This document shows positions 40,433 through 51,137 of a stretch of 64,000 nucleotides of DNA, piece after piece; the stretch's first letter is position 1; each line of letters opens with the position of its first letter. The notes under the pieces are model-generated. The model saw only the letters and a list, made by a program, of their open reading frames with translations, was not told the origin of the DNA and did no database searches. Source of the stretch: Lutibacter sp. GTDB taxonomy: Bacteria; Bacteroidota; Bacteroidia; Flavobacteriales; Flavobacteriaceae. The position numbers were made by a program, and so were the translations under genes. The stretch spans positions 27,876 through 91,875 of the forward strand of contig JAUXPH010000057.1 in the NCBI GenBank assembly GCA_030683995.1. Direction: 5' to 3'.

Positions 40433-40861
40433 TTACACCTTTACTTTGTACCAATATTGCGTTCTTCCCAACAAAGCAAAACCCAAATAACCGCGCACTT
40501 TTAGTTTGTTAGGCTCTTCTAAGGTTAGGTAGCATTTGTATTCTTTTCCTGTTTTTGGGTCAAGTATTTTTGCGCCATTCCATTCGTCACCGTCTTTTTT
40601 TAAGCCATCTATAACTATCAAACCTTTAAGTGGCTTGTTTTTATTGGCGCCTTTACAATTTTCGCAAACCCGATTTTCTTCGCTTTTTTCCAATAATTTT
40701 ACAATTTTCGCATATATTTTTCCTTCTGATTCGTAAATTTCAACAATGGATCTTTCTTTGCCTGTTTCATCGTCAATGGTTTTCCATTTTCCTGTAATTG
40801 ATTGAGAGAAACTATTAAAAGATAGCGATAAAATATAGATAAACAGTATGTATTTTTTCAT
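40433..40861 (-). CDS. DUF2147 family secreted protein
   Basis: GKWKTIDD, ILDPKTGKEY, LKVRGYLG and GRTQYW motifs. Confidence 0.9.
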   Translation of the reverse strand: MKKYILFIYILSLSFNSFSQSITGKWKTIDDETGKERSIVEIYESEGKIYAKIVKLLEKSEENRVCENCKGANKNKPLKGLIVIDGLKKDGDEWNGAKILDPKTGKEYKCYLTLEEPNKLKVRGYLGFALLGRTQYWYKVKV

Positions 40862-40868
40862 AATAGTA

Positions 40869-41396
40869 TTAAAATAATTTAGCGTCAAATTGAAAATCCC
40901 ATTTCCCCTGAACTTTCAGCACTTGTTCAATCACATCACGGACACAGCCGTTTCCGCCTTTTTTTTGAGAAATATAGCTGGAAATATGCTGAATTTCGGG
41001 AACTGCGTCTTTCGGACAACAAGGCAATCCAACAATTTTCATTACTTGATAATCGGGAATATCATCACCCATATATAAAACTTCCTCTGGTTTAATGCCG
41101 TAAAGCACCATATAATCTTCAAACTGATCTGTTTTATGGTGCGTTCCCAAATAGATATCAGTAATTCCCAAAGCCATAAAGCGAGCGCGCACGCCTTCGT
41201 TGGTTCCGCCGGAAATAATGCAAACACGATAGCCGGCAGTTAAGGCTGTTTTAAGGGCATATCCATCTTTAATATTCATTTCACGCAACAATTCACCGGT
41301 TTCGGTGACTCTTACATTTCCGTTGGTAAGTACGCCGTCAACATCAAAAATAAAGGTGGTGATCTGGGGCATTATTTCTTTATAACTTTTTTCCAT
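40869..41396 (-). CDS. kdsC: KDO-8-phosphate phosphatase (HAD family)
   Basis: DVDGVLT, NIKDG, YMGDDIPD and GGNGCVR motifs. Confidence 0.9.
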   Translation of the reverse strand: MEKSYKEIMPQITTFIFDVDGVLTNGNVRVTETGELLREMNIKDGYALKTALTAGYRVCIISGGTNEGVRARFMALGITDIYLGTHHKTDQFEDYMVLYGIKPEEVLYMGDDIPDYQVMKIVGLPCCPKDAVPEIQHISSYISQKKGGNGCVRDVIEQVLKVQGKWDFQFDAKLF

Positions 41397-42141
41397 AAAT
41401 ATTGTAAATAGATTTGGTGAGCAATGTATAAATTTCTTGTTGATTTTTATTGAGCATTGCTATATGTTTTTCAATGGTTTTGGTGTCGTTTCTTTTTGCG
41501 GGTCCGGTTTGTGCTTCAAGCGGCGACAAAGTAGTAATTTTATTTGCCGTTTCAAGTATTAATGGCAACAAAATTTCAAAAGGAACCTTATTTTGCTCGC
41601 AAATTTCATGTCCGATGTGGTACAAATGATTCACAAAATTATTGACAAAAACAGCAGCAACGTGCAAACTTTTTCGTTGATCTGAATGAATGCGGTAACA
41701 ATTTTTCGACATTGATTTTGCCAATGTTTCCAACAAAAATAAATCTTTTTCAGTTTCGGCTTCAATGCAAATTGGCACAGATGAAAAATCGATTTTTCTT
41801 TCTTTGGAAAAGCTTTGCAACAAATAAAACACGCCTTTATTGGAAATGGATTTAATCTCGTCCATTGCCATACTTCCTGAAGTATGCACCACCAATTTGT
41901 TTTTAAAATTTAAGGCCGAAGAAAGCTCAGAAATGGCATTGTCGGAAACCGCAAGGATGTAAATATCGGCATCTTTCAATTCCGATAATTTATTTGTGAT
42001 TAAAATGTTGTTTTTAAAGCAGTTAATATTTTTTAAACTTCTATTGTAAACCTGAACAACATTTACCGCACTGTTTTGCAACAATGCATTTGTTAAATGA
42101 TAGGCCACATTTCCGCCGCCAAGGATTACGATATTAATCAT
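41380..42141 (-). CDS. Rossmann-like plus DUF2520 domain protein
   Basis: GGGNVA, VHTSGS, LHVAAVFVNNF and QTGPAKRND motifs. Confidence 0.88.
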   Translation of the reverse strand: MINIVILGGGNVAYHLTNALLQNSAVNVVQVYNRSLKNINCFKNNILITNKLSELKDADIYILAVSDNAISELSSALNFKNKLVVHTSGSMAMDEIKSISNKGVFYLLQSFSKERKIDFSSVPICIEAETEKDLFLLETLAKSMSKNCYRIHSDQRKSLHVAAVFVNNFVNHLYHIGHEICEQNKVPFEILLPLILETANKITTLSPLEAQTGPAKRNDTKTIEKHIAMLNKNQQEIYTLLTKSIYNIYGKKL

Positions 42142-42240
42142 ATTGCGAATGTAAATAACAATTGACGATTGATTATAAATAATTAACAATAAATAGAGTT
42201 AAAAATAACTCTTTCCAATTAATAAACCACCCTTTCTGGG

Positions 42241-43497
42241 TTAGTGGATTATCATTTTATTGTTCGAAATAATCCCATACACTTTTCCGTTTAAATTTTT
42301 ATGCAGGAAAATGGCATTTTTTGAAGTTGATAAGATGTTTTGTTCGGAAAAAGTATATTCAAAATCGGGATTGAAAAGCGTGATGTTTGCTTGTTGTCCT
42401 TCTGCAATCGAATAAGTTGGCAACTTAAACCGTTCCCGTGGTTTTGTCGTCAAACAACCGATTAAGGTTTCCAGTCCGATGGCTTTATTTAACGCACCGA
42501 ACAAACTTTCCAGTCCGATAGTTCCAAATTTTGCATTGCTGTATTCCACTTTCTTATGTTCAACATCCATAGGATTGTGATCGCTGGTCACCATATCAAT
42601 CACGCCTTCTTTGATGCCTTTTATCAACGCTTTAATGTCTTTTGAAGTTCTTAACGGCGGCAAAACCTTGGTATTTGTGTTAAAGGTTTTTAATTCATCA
42701 TCGGTCAGCACCAAATGATGTGCGGCAACGCTGCAGGTGACATTTAAATTTTTCTTTTTGGCCTCTTTAATAAGTTCTACCGATTTTGCCGTGGAAATTG
42801 TAGGGATGTGCAATTTTCCGCCGGTATATTCCAGCAAAAATAAATCACGGACAATTTGCAATTCTTCCGACAAAGCAGGGATTCCTTTTAATCCAAGTTT
42901 TGTGCTGTTGATTTCTTCATTGGCCAAACCGATGCCGGCAATGGAATCGTTCTGCGGGAAACTTAATATTAAGGCATCAAAATTTTGTGCGTACTGCAAA
43001 CCGATTTTCAACAGATTGGCATTTGAAACTGCTTTGTTGTAATCCCCAAAAGCAATGGCACCGGCATTTTGCATATCATACAATTCCGCAATGTCTTCGC
43101 TTTTGCCTATTTTTGTCAGATTTCCTATCGGAAACAGGGCAGTGGCAGCATTGGCGGCTTTATTTTTTAAGAACTGCACGGCCGATTTATTGTCGGTAGC
43201 CGGAAAAGTGTTGGGATTTACGGCAACCGCGCTAAAACCGCTTTTGGAAGCTGTTTTTAATCCGTTTTCAATCGTTTCCCGATCCTCATATCCCGGTTCT
43301 CCAAAGCACACGCTCGAATCGAACCAGCCTTGCGAAATATGCAGGTTGTCAAGTATAATTTCTTTATAATTTTTTGGGTTTTTAAGCTTTCCGCCAATTT
43401 TTGTGATGGTGCCGTTTTCAATAAGGATATCTTTAATTTGAAGGTGAAACGGACTAGAAGAATCGATAATGGTAGCAGACTTTAGCAGTAAATTCAT
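42241..43497 (-). CDS. Dihydroorotase-like amidohydrolase
   Basis: EDRETI, KVLPPLR, SDHNP and GTIGLES motifs; the N-terminal HxH metal motif is replaced by DSSV. Confidence 0.8.
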   Translation of the reverse strand: MNLLLKSATIIDSSSPFHLQIKDILIENGTITKIGGKLKNPKNYKEIILDNLHISQGWFDSSVCFGEPGYEDRETIENGLKTASKSGFSAVAVNPNTFPATDNKSAVQFLKNKAANAATALFPIGNLTKIGKSEDIAELYDMQNAGAIAFGDYNKAVSNANLLKIGLQYAQNFDALILSFPQNDSIAGIGLANEEINSTKLGLKGIPALSEELQIVRDLFLLEYTGGKLHIPTISTAKSVELIKEAKKKNLNVTCSVAAHHLVLTDDELKTFNTNTKVLPPLRTSKDIKALIKGIKEGVIDMVTSDHNPMDVEHKKVEYSNAKFGTIGLESLFGALNKAIGLETLIGCLTTKPRERFKLPTYSIAEGQQANITLFNPDFEYTFSEQNILSTSKNAIFLHKNLNGKVYGIISNNKMIIH

Positions 43498-45452
43498 ATT
43501 TTGAAATATTTTAATAACAGCATTTCAATGAGCAAAAATAGCACAGAAAATGCTAAAAACCATTTAAAAAGCCAATTGATTTTATGTTGATTTTCAATTT
43601 CGCCAAAAAGATCGTCAATTGACGTGTAAACACTCACATTTTCAGCATTTTTAACCAAGGATTTTAAATCGGAATAATTGGCTTCGCTCTCTTCCCGGTT
43701 GTAATTTAGTGCGATGGTTTTCAGGACTTCATTGTTGCTGGACACTTTGTAAAATCCGCTTTGTAAAATAACATCAGTCAAAATCAGGTCTACTTTATTT
43801 TGGAAAACTTTTTGAAGCGGAATAAAAGCATTGGTTTCGTTAGAAATTTTCAATACTTCATCTTTTCTGATGGAAGCATTGATTTCAATATTGTTTTGTG
43901 GCGCAATGGTGTAATAAAGTTGGGTTGTTTTTAAGCTTGTTTTGGAAAAATTATAAAATATGGGCACCACCAATGGCGACTGGGTAAAATCGGAAATTCT
44001 TTTGTTTAAAGGTGATGAAACCCAATAAAAATTGCCGTTTTTATTTTTTACGGAAGAGATAAACGGACTGTTATTGTCGAATTTTAGAATGGCAGCACTG
44101 TTTATGGAATTGTTTTGGTAATGCAAGGACGTTTTCGGGTATTGAAAATTGGTCACTTTCTTTTCAAAAACATCATCAATTAAAGGATGTCCGTAATTTA
44201 TGGAAGTAATTAAATGTTCATTTTCGATTTTAGCGCTTATTTTTCCCGCCTGAAATGCGTTCAAAAGTCGGTTATAGGAATCTATATTTGCATTTTGTGA
44301 AGGAATCACCGCCAAATTTCCGCCGTTTTCCATAAACTCGCTTAAACTGCGTTGCAATTCAGCAGGAATATCGACCAATTCATTCAAAATAATTAAATTC
44401 TGATTTTGAATGTTATTGTAATTTAAGTTAGAAAGCGGGGAAGCGGTAAAATTAAATTCTTTTTCAGTATAAATTTTTGATAAAAATTCGGCCGGATTCC
44501 CAATACTTAACACGTTTATTTTTTTGGGCGCGGAAATCGAAAAATAAAAGTCGTTGTCAAATTCCAAACCGTCATCAATTATAGAGATTTTTCCATCAAA
44601 ATGAGCGGAATTTGGTATGGTAAATTGAACATTTTGCTTAATGGAATTTGCAAATCTCGCCGTTGTTTTTCCTATTAAGGTTTCGTCTTGGAATAGGGAA
44701 ACAGGAATCGTTTCAGTGATCATTTTGCTGCTTTTCACCAATACATTCAAGGTTAATTCTGTCAAAGATTTTTGTTCAACAAACACACTGTCCAAATATA
44801 TATTTTGTGATGCTTTTGGGGAGAGTTGCAGCAAAGAAACGGGCATTTTTAAAGCGGCGAAATCAATGTTGTTTTGAATGTTAATATTTTGAAAATCAGA
44901 TATTAATATTATCTTATTTGAGGTGTTTATTTCATCAATATAATTGCTTTTTGCTTTTAACAATACAGTATTCAAATCAAGCTTATTTGGTGAATAATCA
45001 AGGTTTATCAACTCATTTTTTAAACCGTTGGCGTCTAAATTTTTTAAATTTTCATCATTGGTGATCATCGCAAAAGCGCTGTTTTGGAGGTTGTTGTTTT
45101 CAATGATTTTTTGGGCGGCACTTTTTAACATTTCCCCTTTTTCACCCTTTGCCTGCATGCTGTAAGAATTGTCTAAATAAATGGTGACATTCACATTATT
45201 TCCGGCAGACGATTCCGAAAAATACGGCTGGGAAAAGGCTAAAATGATGCAGCTTAAAGCCAGTAATCGACTTATTAAAACAAGCCATTTTTTAATTTGT
45301 GAACTTTTTCTGGTTTGCCTTTCTATATTTTTTAGAAAAGCGACATTGGTAAAAGGGACTTTAACGAAACGTTGCAGCTGAAATAAATGAACAATTATCG
45401 GGATGATAAGAAGCAGAAGTGCGTAAAGAATTTCCGGATGCTTAAATTGCAT
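43494..45452 (-). CDS. BatA N-terminal / vWA-like domain membrane protein
   Basis: PIIVHL BatA motif, DNSYSM MIDAS-like motif and C-terminal TM segment. Confidence 0.85.
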   Translation of the reverse strand: MQFKHPEILYALLLLIIPIIVHLFQLQRFVKVPFTNVAFLKNIERQTRKSSQIKKWLVLISRLLALSCIILAFSQPYFSESSAGNNVNVTIYLDNSYSMQAKGEKGEMLKSAAQKIIENNNLQNSAFAMITNDENLKNLDANGLKNELINLDYSPNKLDLNTVLLKAKSNYIDEINTSNKIILISDFQNINIQNNIDFAALKMPVSLLQLSPKASQNIYLDSVFVEQKSLTELTLNVLVKSSKMITETIPVSLFQDETLIGKTTARFANSIKQNVQFTIPNSAHFDGKISIIDDGLEFDNDFYFSISAPKKINVLSIGNPAEFLSKIYTEKEFNFTASPLSNLNYNNIQNQNLIILNELVDIPAELQRSLSEFMENGGNLAVIPSQNANIDSYNRLLNAFQAGKISAKIENEHLITSINYGHPLIDDVFEKKVTNFQYPKTSLHYQNNSINSAAILKFDNNSPFISSVKNKNGNFYWVSSPLNKRISDFTQSPLVVPIFYNFSKTSLKTTQLYYTIAPQNNIEINASIRKDEVLKISNETNAFIPLQKVFQNKVDLILTDVILQSGFYKVSSNNEVLKTIALNYNREESEANYSDLKSLVKNAENVSVYTSIDDLFGEIENQHKINWLFKWFLAFSVLFLLIEMLLLKYFKI

Positions 45453-45494
45453 TGTTCAAAATGGTTTCTCAAAGATATAAAAATTAGGAGTTAC

Positions 45495-46229
45495 TTATGA
45501 AAAATAGTTTTTCAAAATTCCTAAGGCGTATTTGCTCGCAATGGAATTGGCGAATTTCGGAAAATCTATGGTCGCATTGTCATTTGCCTTGTCGGAAATA
45601 ACGCGAATGATGGAAAACGGCACTTCATATTCAAAACAAACTTGCGCCACCGCGGCGCCTTCCATTTCAACACAAATGGCTGTTGGAAGCTTTTTGTTCA
45701 GGTTTTTAATTTTTTTAAGACTTGAAATAAACTGGTCGCCGCTGGCAATGTCGCCATGAACCACTTTTGGGGTTTGGATGTCAAAAAGCTGAGAATCTTC
45801 CAGTGCAATATATTGCTGGTAAGTGGCTAAAAACACATTTGTGGCTTCCAGTAATTTTTCTGAATCATTGGTTTCCAGAAACTTCTTTCTTAAAATGGGA
45901 ATTTCAAATTTTTCGTAAAACGGAAACGCATTTAAATCGTGCTGGTACAAATTTTTGCCAATCACAATGTCGCCAATATTTAAATCTTGATGAATGGCAC
46001 CGGCCACACCCGTAAAAATGATTTCCTTAACATCAAAATCGTTGATCAATTGCGTAGCAGTCGCTGCAGAAGCAACTTTTCCCCATCTGGAAAAAACGAG
46101 CACCACTTTCTTGCCGAATAAAATTCCTGAATAATAGGTTCTCATTCCTTTTTCGGTTTTGGAAACGTGCTGAAGTTCGTGGAGCAACGCCTGAATTTCT
46201 TCCTGCATCGCGCTAATAATTCCTGTCAT
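45495..46229 (-). CDS. mtnN: 5'-methylthioadenosine/S-adenosylhomocysteine nucleosidase
   Basis: GIISAMQEE, GKVASA, FTGVAG, SGDQF, EMEGAAVAQV and RVISD motifs. Confidence 0.93.
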   Translation of the reverse strand: MTGIISAMQEEIQALLHELQHVSKTEKGMRTYYSGILFGKKVVLVFSRWGKVASAATATQLINDFDVKEIIFTGVAGAIHQDLNIGDIVIGKNLYQHDLNAFPFYEKFEIPILRKKFLETNDSEKLLEATNVFLATYQQYIALEDSQLFDIQTPKVVHGDIASGDQFISSLKKIKNLNKKLPTAICVEMEGAAVAQVCFEYEVPFSIIRVISDKANDNATIDFPKFANSIASKYALGILKNYFS

Positions 46230-46230
46230 T

Positions 46231-46902
46231 TTATAAAGGTCTGTTGCTTATTCTGCCGTCAATCATTTCCAGTTTCCGGTCGGCCATCTCCGCCAATTCC
46301 TGATTGTGCGTCACAATCACAAAAGTTTGGTTGAATTTATCGCGCAAAGTGAAAAATAATTCGTGCAAATTTTTGGCAGAAGAGGAATCTAAATTTCCGC
46401 TGGGCTCATCGGCAAAAATAACATCGGGATTGTTTATTAATGCTCTGGCAACTGCAACACGTTGCTGCTCGCCGCCCGACAATTCGTTTGGTTTGTGGTG
46501 CATTCTGCTCGAAAGTCCCAAAAAATTAAGCAATTCCTTGGCTTTGTTTTCCGCATCTTTTTTAGAAGTATTTCCTATAAAAGCGGGGATACACACATTT
46601 TCAAGCGCCGTAAATTCGGGAAGCAATTGATGAAACTGAAAAATAAAACCGATATGCTGATTTCTGAACTTAGAAAGTTCGTTGTCTTTTAATTCGAGGA
46701 TGTTTTTGGTGCTGATGGCAAGCTTGGAATCCTTGCCTTTACTTGGATAATCCAACGTGCCAAGAATTTGCAGCAACGTTGTTTTACCGGCTCCTGACGG
46801 ACCAACAATCGCCACAATTTCTCCTTTTTTAATGGACAAATCCACGCCTTTTAAAACCTCTAAATCCCCGTAAAATTTATGAATATTTTTAGCCTCTATC
46901 AT
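46231..46902 (-). CDS. ABC transporter ATP-binding protein (LolD-like)
   Basis: [38 protein letters not shown] and VTHN motifs. Confidence 0.9.
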   Translation of the reverse strand: MIEAKNIHKFYGDLEVLKGVDLSIKKGEIVAIVGPSGAGKTTLLQILGTLDYPSKGKDSKLAISTKNILELKDNELSKFRNQHIGFIFQFHQLLPEFTALENVCIPAFIGNTSKKDAENKAKELLNFLGLSSRMHHKPNELSGGEQQRVAVARALINNPDVIFADEPSGNLDSSSAKNLHELFFTLRDKFNQTFVIVTHNQELAEMADRKLEMIDGRISNRPL

Positions 46903-46929
46903 TCGGTAAAAGTAAGCATTTTTGTTTTA

Positions 46930-47010
46930 AAATTGTTTAACTGTTTATTTGTTTAATCGTTGAACAGTTTGATTCACTGTTTATTTGCCCAATCGATTTA
47001 CAAATGATTG
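46930..47010 (+). repeat. Degenerate 8-mer repeats
   Basis: AATTGTTT AACTGTTT ATTTGTTT AATCGTTG AACAGTTT ... CACTGTTT. Confidence 0.55.
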
Positions 47011-47121
47011 ATTTAATCTTGATTTAACTGAACATATAACTTTTATTGCCAATGCGCAGGCTGGCCTTATCGCTAAAAACAGCTACCAGCTGTTTTTTTT
47101 AACGCTCTGTCCCCCTTCGGG

Positions 47122-47256
47122 GCAATGTCATTAAGTTAAGCGATATACTCCTTTTTTTGTCCTTACGAGGTACGAGGAATCTCATAATGATAGCCGGTTT
47201 GATGCGATTCCTCCTTTGTCGGAATGACAAATATTCCCTTAACTTAATGACATTGC
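47122..47256. mobile_element. 135-bp MITE with 19-bp TIRs and an 8-bp target duplication
   Basis: GCAATGTCATTAAGTTAAG ... CTTAACTTAATGACATTGC, flanked by CCTTCGGG at 47114-47121 and 47257-47264. Confidence 0.85.
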
Positions 47257-47275
47257 CCTTCGGGGGCTAGGGGGC

Positions 47276-49684
47276 TTACATCCAGGTTTTAACATTGTTA
47301 TAATCTAGATAATAGATAAATTTAACAGAAAAATTGTTGTTTACAGGTTCTGTAAAAAGATTGTCTAAGTTCTTCTTGAAATTTAAATGCGCTAATTGAT
47401 CCTCATTAAAAATAGAGTTTCTGTATAAAACCACCAGCTGGCTTCCAGGGGCAAATTCCCAGGAATAGCTTAAATCCAAATTCCAGATATTGTAATTGAT
47501 ATTGTGGTTTCCTTGGTAAAAACTGGTGTTTAAAGTGCCTTCATTGTTCAGTTCAAAAAAATTGGCGTCATATTTCACAGGCGACCAATAATGCCGGAAT
47601 GAAAGCGCTAAATTTGATTTTATATTGAAACTTAAATTGCCCGTTAAAGTATTTGTCACCGTTTTAACATCCCTGTTCCCAAAAATAATGTTTCCGTTAT
47701 CCAAATTGGTCACCCATCCTTTATCATTAATAAGTTTGGAGAAATTCAACTTATAAACAGTAGAAAATTTGTCGGAAAAGCGATAGCGCGGAGAAAAGGA
47801 AAGTTCTGCAAATTCATTATTGAGCGTATATCTTTTGGCATAAGTGCTTCTGACGTCAATTGCGAATTTTTTTCTGTAATCTGAAGAAATCCAGCCGTTT
47901 AGCACATACACCGATTTTTGTTTAAAAAACCGTTGGTCAACCCGAGGCGCATAAAAATCGTATTGGTCGCCTAAATTTGTCGCCAATTCTCCGCCAAAGG
48001 CAAATCTGCTCTTAGTGAAAAAGAAATAATCCAATTCAAAATAATTTCCTGCGTAATCATTGGAATTGTTTTGATAATTGAGAACGCCTGTAAATGTAAA
48101 TTTATAATCGTCAAAAGTTTTTGTGGGCTCAAATATTCTATAGGACATCTGCGTCCAATAGTCGGCATAATTATTTTTGCTCTGATAGCCTAAATCTTTA
48201 ATGTCATATTTTTTATCGCTTCTTTTGTGGCCAATTTCATATTGATAATTGCCAAATATTTTGCCAGCTTCCAAATAACCGGAATAACCCGATTTGTTTT
48301 CGCCATTTTCCAGAATGTTGCTAATTTTAAGATCTCCCGAAGTTTTAAACCTATTTTTTTTGTCGGCAACACTAAAAAGAAATGCTGATACGTTGGCGTC
48401 CCTAAAGCTGCCGTTTCGGGTAACATTGGTATTTATAAAACTTACAGAGGAGTTTTTGTTGAATTGCTGATCCAAAACAAGCACATTATAATTGGCAAGC
48501 GGTTCTGTAACTATTTCCCGCGTTTCTTGGGTGACGGTATTTTTAATTTCTGCGGATGTTTTTTCGGTGATGGCATTGAAAAAACCGATGCCCAATCCTT
48601 TTTTTGTCCTGCCTGAAATTTTTAAGGCATTGATCATATTGACTTTTGCCGGATTGTTCGTAATTTCTTCATTTTCATTTAAATTGGATTGAACATTTCC
48701 ATAACCTACAGGCGTATTTCCAATTCTTCTGGAATAAAACAGTCCTCCTTTGTTAAAAAGTTCTGTGCCTTCGGTAAAAAAGGAACGTTTTTCTGAATAT
48801 TTCTGTTCAAACGGACCTAAATTTAAAACCTGGTCGTCAAAAGCTGTTTGCCCAAAATCGGGAATAAGGGTTGCATCCAAAGTAAAACTTTCGTTAATGC
48901 CATATTTTAAATCCATTCCAACTGCATAATCTGTTTCTGAATTCCCGTTATAAGAATTAACGGCGGCAAAAGCGTAGGGAGAAAAACTGAGTCGGGTAGG
49001 AGGTTTAATGTCTTTTATGCCTGAGATTATTCCTGAATATTGCGTGAATAAACCAACTTTTTTATCAATATAATTCCAAGAGTATTGCTCATTAAGCCTG
49101 TTTATTCTTCTGTGAAAATTTACGCCCCAAGTTTGCTCGGTTGAATTGCTGAATCGTAAGGCCGAATATGGGATTTTGATTTCTGCCACCCAACTGTCTC
49201 CATTAATTTTAACATCACTTTCCCAAACGGCATTCCAGCTAAAATCTTCGCCTTTAGAAGAAACTTTGGCATCGCCCTGTGCACCTGTGCTCATCACCAC
49301 AAATTCTGTGTCATTTTGACCGTCGTTATTTGGGTTGATGCTGATTAAAAAAAAATCGACTTGTCCAAACTCGTCTCTTCCGCCAAATTGTAAAGGAATT
49401 GCTTTTGGGTTAAAGTCGTACATCGTTGCGCCAAAATAAATGGCTTCATCATCATAGGCAATTTTCACAACCGTTTTCATATTATCCCTTTCTTGGCCAC
49501 CATCGCCAGGCTTAAACATTTGAAAGTTTTGTGCAGGTTCGGCATTTTTCCAAAAATCTTCATCCAAAACACCGTCAATTGAAGGGGATCTGACAATTCT
49601 TAAAGCATTAACCGATTTAATTTTTTCTTGGGAATGGGAGAGGGAGAAAATAAAAAAGCTTATTATTAAAAGGTATTTCTTCAT
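47276..49684 (-). CDS. CBM9-like / DUF5916-type outer membrane protein
   Basis: Signal peptide, PSIDGVLDE...W N-terminal domain, PDFGQ and FYSRRIG motifs, beta-barrel-like C-terminus. Confidence 0.85.
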   Translation of the reverse strand: MKKYLLIISFFIFSLSHSQEKIKSVNALRIVRSPSIDGVLDEDFWKNAEPAQNFQMFKPGDGGQERDNMKTVVKIAYDDEAIYFGATMYDFNPKAIPLQFGGRDEFGQVDFFLISINPNNDGQNDTEFVVMSTGAQGDAKVSSKGEDFSWNAVWESDVKINGDSWVAEIKIPYSALRFSNSTEQTWGVNFHRRINRLNEQYSWNYIDKKVGLFTQYSGIISGIKDIKPPTRLSFSPYAFAAVNSYNGNSETDYAVGMDLKYGINESFTLDATLIPDFGQTAFDDQVLNLGPFEQKYSEKRSFFTEGTELFNKGGLFYSRRIGNTPVGYGNVQSNLNENEEITNNPAKVNMINALKISGRTKKGLGIGFFNAITEKTSAEIKNTVTQETREIVTEPLANYNVLVLDQQFNKNSSVSFINTNVTRNGSFRDANVSAFLFSVADKKNRFKTSGDLKISNILENGENKSGYSGYLEAGKIFGNYQYEIGHKRSDKKYDIKDLGYQSKNNYADYWTQMSYRIFEPTKTFDDYKFTFTGVLNYQNNSNDYAGNYFELDYFFFTKSRFAFGGELATNLGDQYDFYAPRVDQRFFKQKSVYVLNGWISSDYRKKFAIDVRSTYAKRYTLNNEFAELSFSPRYRFSDKFSTVYKLNFSKLINDKGWVTNLDNGNIIFGNRDVKTVTNTLTGNLSFNIKSNLALSFRHYWSPVKYDANFFELNNEGTLNTSFYQGNHNINYNIWNLDLSYSWEFAPGSQLVVLYRNSIFNEDQLAHLNFKKNLDNLFTEPVNNNFSVKFIYYLDYNNVKTWM

Positions 49685-49876
49685 TGTAACGTAATAAACA
49701 GACTCAAATTTTGGTTAAAATATTTAAGATGCAAAACAAACCATCTTAAATAAATGCTACTATATAGACGTACAAAAATACACATTGTTACACTATATAA
49801 AACTTTTTTTAAATACACTTATATTTTAAGTTAGGATTACTACATTTGTTGATATTTACAAAAACCATTATCTCTA

Positions 49877-51070
49877 ATGAATTTACACGAATATCAAGGA
49901 AAAGAATTACTAAGTAGTTTTGGCGTAAAAATACAGCGCGGCATTGTTGCCGATAACCATTTAAAAGCGGTGGAAGCGGCAAAGCAATTGGCTGTAGAAA
50001 CCGGAACTGGCTGGTGGGTTGTTAAAGCACAAATTCATGCGGGTGGACGAGGAAAAGGCGGTGGCGTGAAATTGGCTAAAAGTTTAAAAGACGTTGAATC
50101 AATTTCTGAAAGTATTATCGGGATGATGTTGATCACACCCCAAACTCCACCTCAAGGTAAAAAAGTGCATCAGGTTTTGGTTGCTGAAGACGTATATTAT
50201 CCTGGAGCGAATGAACCTGAAGAATATTATATGTCGGTTTTGTTGAACAGAGCAACCGGAAAAAATATGATTATGTATTCTACAGAAGGCGGAATGGATA
50301 TTGAAACGGTTGCCGAAAAAACACCTCACTTAATTTTTACCGAAGAAATGGATCCATTATTGGGATTGCAAGCTTTTCAGGCGCGTAAAATTGCCTTTAA
50401 TTTGGGATTGTCGGGAAATGCGTTAAAAGAAATGATAAAGTTTGTGACTTCTTTATATACTGCTTTTGTTCAGTCTGATGCCACTTTATTTGAAATAAAC
50501 CCAGTGTTAAAAACATCGGATGATAAAATTTTAGCGGTTGATTCAAAAGTTGTTTTGGATGATAACGCTTTATTTCGCCATCAAGATTTAGCGGTACTTA
50601 GAGATTTTCGTGAAGAAAGTCCGATTGAGGTTGAAGCCAACGCTGCAGGATTGAATTATGTTGATTTAGACGGAAATGTGGGTTGTATGGTAAACGGAGC
50701 CGGTTTGGCGATGAGCACCATGGATTTAATCAAACAATCGGGCGGAGAACCGGCAAACTTTTTGGATGTTGGCGGTACGGCAGATGCAAAACGTGTTGAG
50801 ACAGCCTTCAGAATTATTTTAAAAGACAAGAACGTAAAAGCGATATTGGTCAATATTTTTGGCGGAATTGTACGTTGCGACCGTGTGGCGCAAGGCGTTA
50901 TTGATGCTTATAAAAATATGGGCGATGCCATTAACATACCAATTATTGTGCGTTTACAAGGCACCAACGCCAAAGAAGCGCAAGAGCTTTTAGACAATAG
51001 CGGATTGGATTTAATTTCAGCAACTGAATTTCAGGAAGCTGCGGATAAAGTGCAAAAAGTATTGGCATAA
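49877..51070 (+). CDS. sucC: Succinyl-CoA ligase (ADP-forming) beta subunit
   Basis: MNLHEYQGK, KAQIHAGGRGKGGGV, GCMVNGAGLAM, NFLDVGG and NIFGGIVRCD motifs; TACATTTG -7 element at 49841. Confidence 0.97.
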   Translation: MNLHEYQGKELLSSFGVKIQRGIVADNHLKAVEAAKQLAVETGTGWWVVKAQIHAGGRGKGGGVKLAKSLKDVESISESIIGMMLITPQTPPQGKKVHQVLVAEDVYYPGANEPEEYYMSVLLNRATGKNMIMYSTEGGMDIETVAEKTPHLIFTEEMDPLLGLQAFQARKIAFNLGLSGNALKEMIKFVTSLYTAFVQSDATLFEINPVLKTSDDKILAVDSKVVLDDNALFRHQDLAVLRDFREESPIEVEANAAGLNYVDLDGNVGCMVNGAGLAMSTMDLIKQSGGEPANFLDVGGTADAKRVETAFRIILKDKNVKAILVNIFGGIVRCDRVAQGVIDAYKNMGDAINIPIIVRLQGTNAKEAQELLDNSGLDLISATEFQEAADKVQKVLA

Positions 51071-51089
51071 CCGAGCATAAAATACAATC

Positions 51090-51124
51090 AAAAAAAGCTG
51101 ATGATCAATTCATTAGCTTTTTTT
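51090..51124 (+). terminator. sucC terminator
   Basis: AAAAAAAGCTGATG...CATTAGCTTTTTTT. Confidence 0.75.
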
Positions 51125-51137
51125 GGTCTAAAAAATG

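Noticed and set aside
45495-46229. mtnN as evidence of AI-2 quorum sensing feeding the LuxR regulator
   Set aside because: There is no luxS or autoinducer synthase in the window, MtnN is a general salvage enzyme, and the regulator has a PAS domain rather than an AHL-binding domain.
49877-51070. sucC without an adjacent sucD
   Set aside because: To my knowledge the two genes are often unlinked in Flavobacteriaceae; absence from the window does not show loss.
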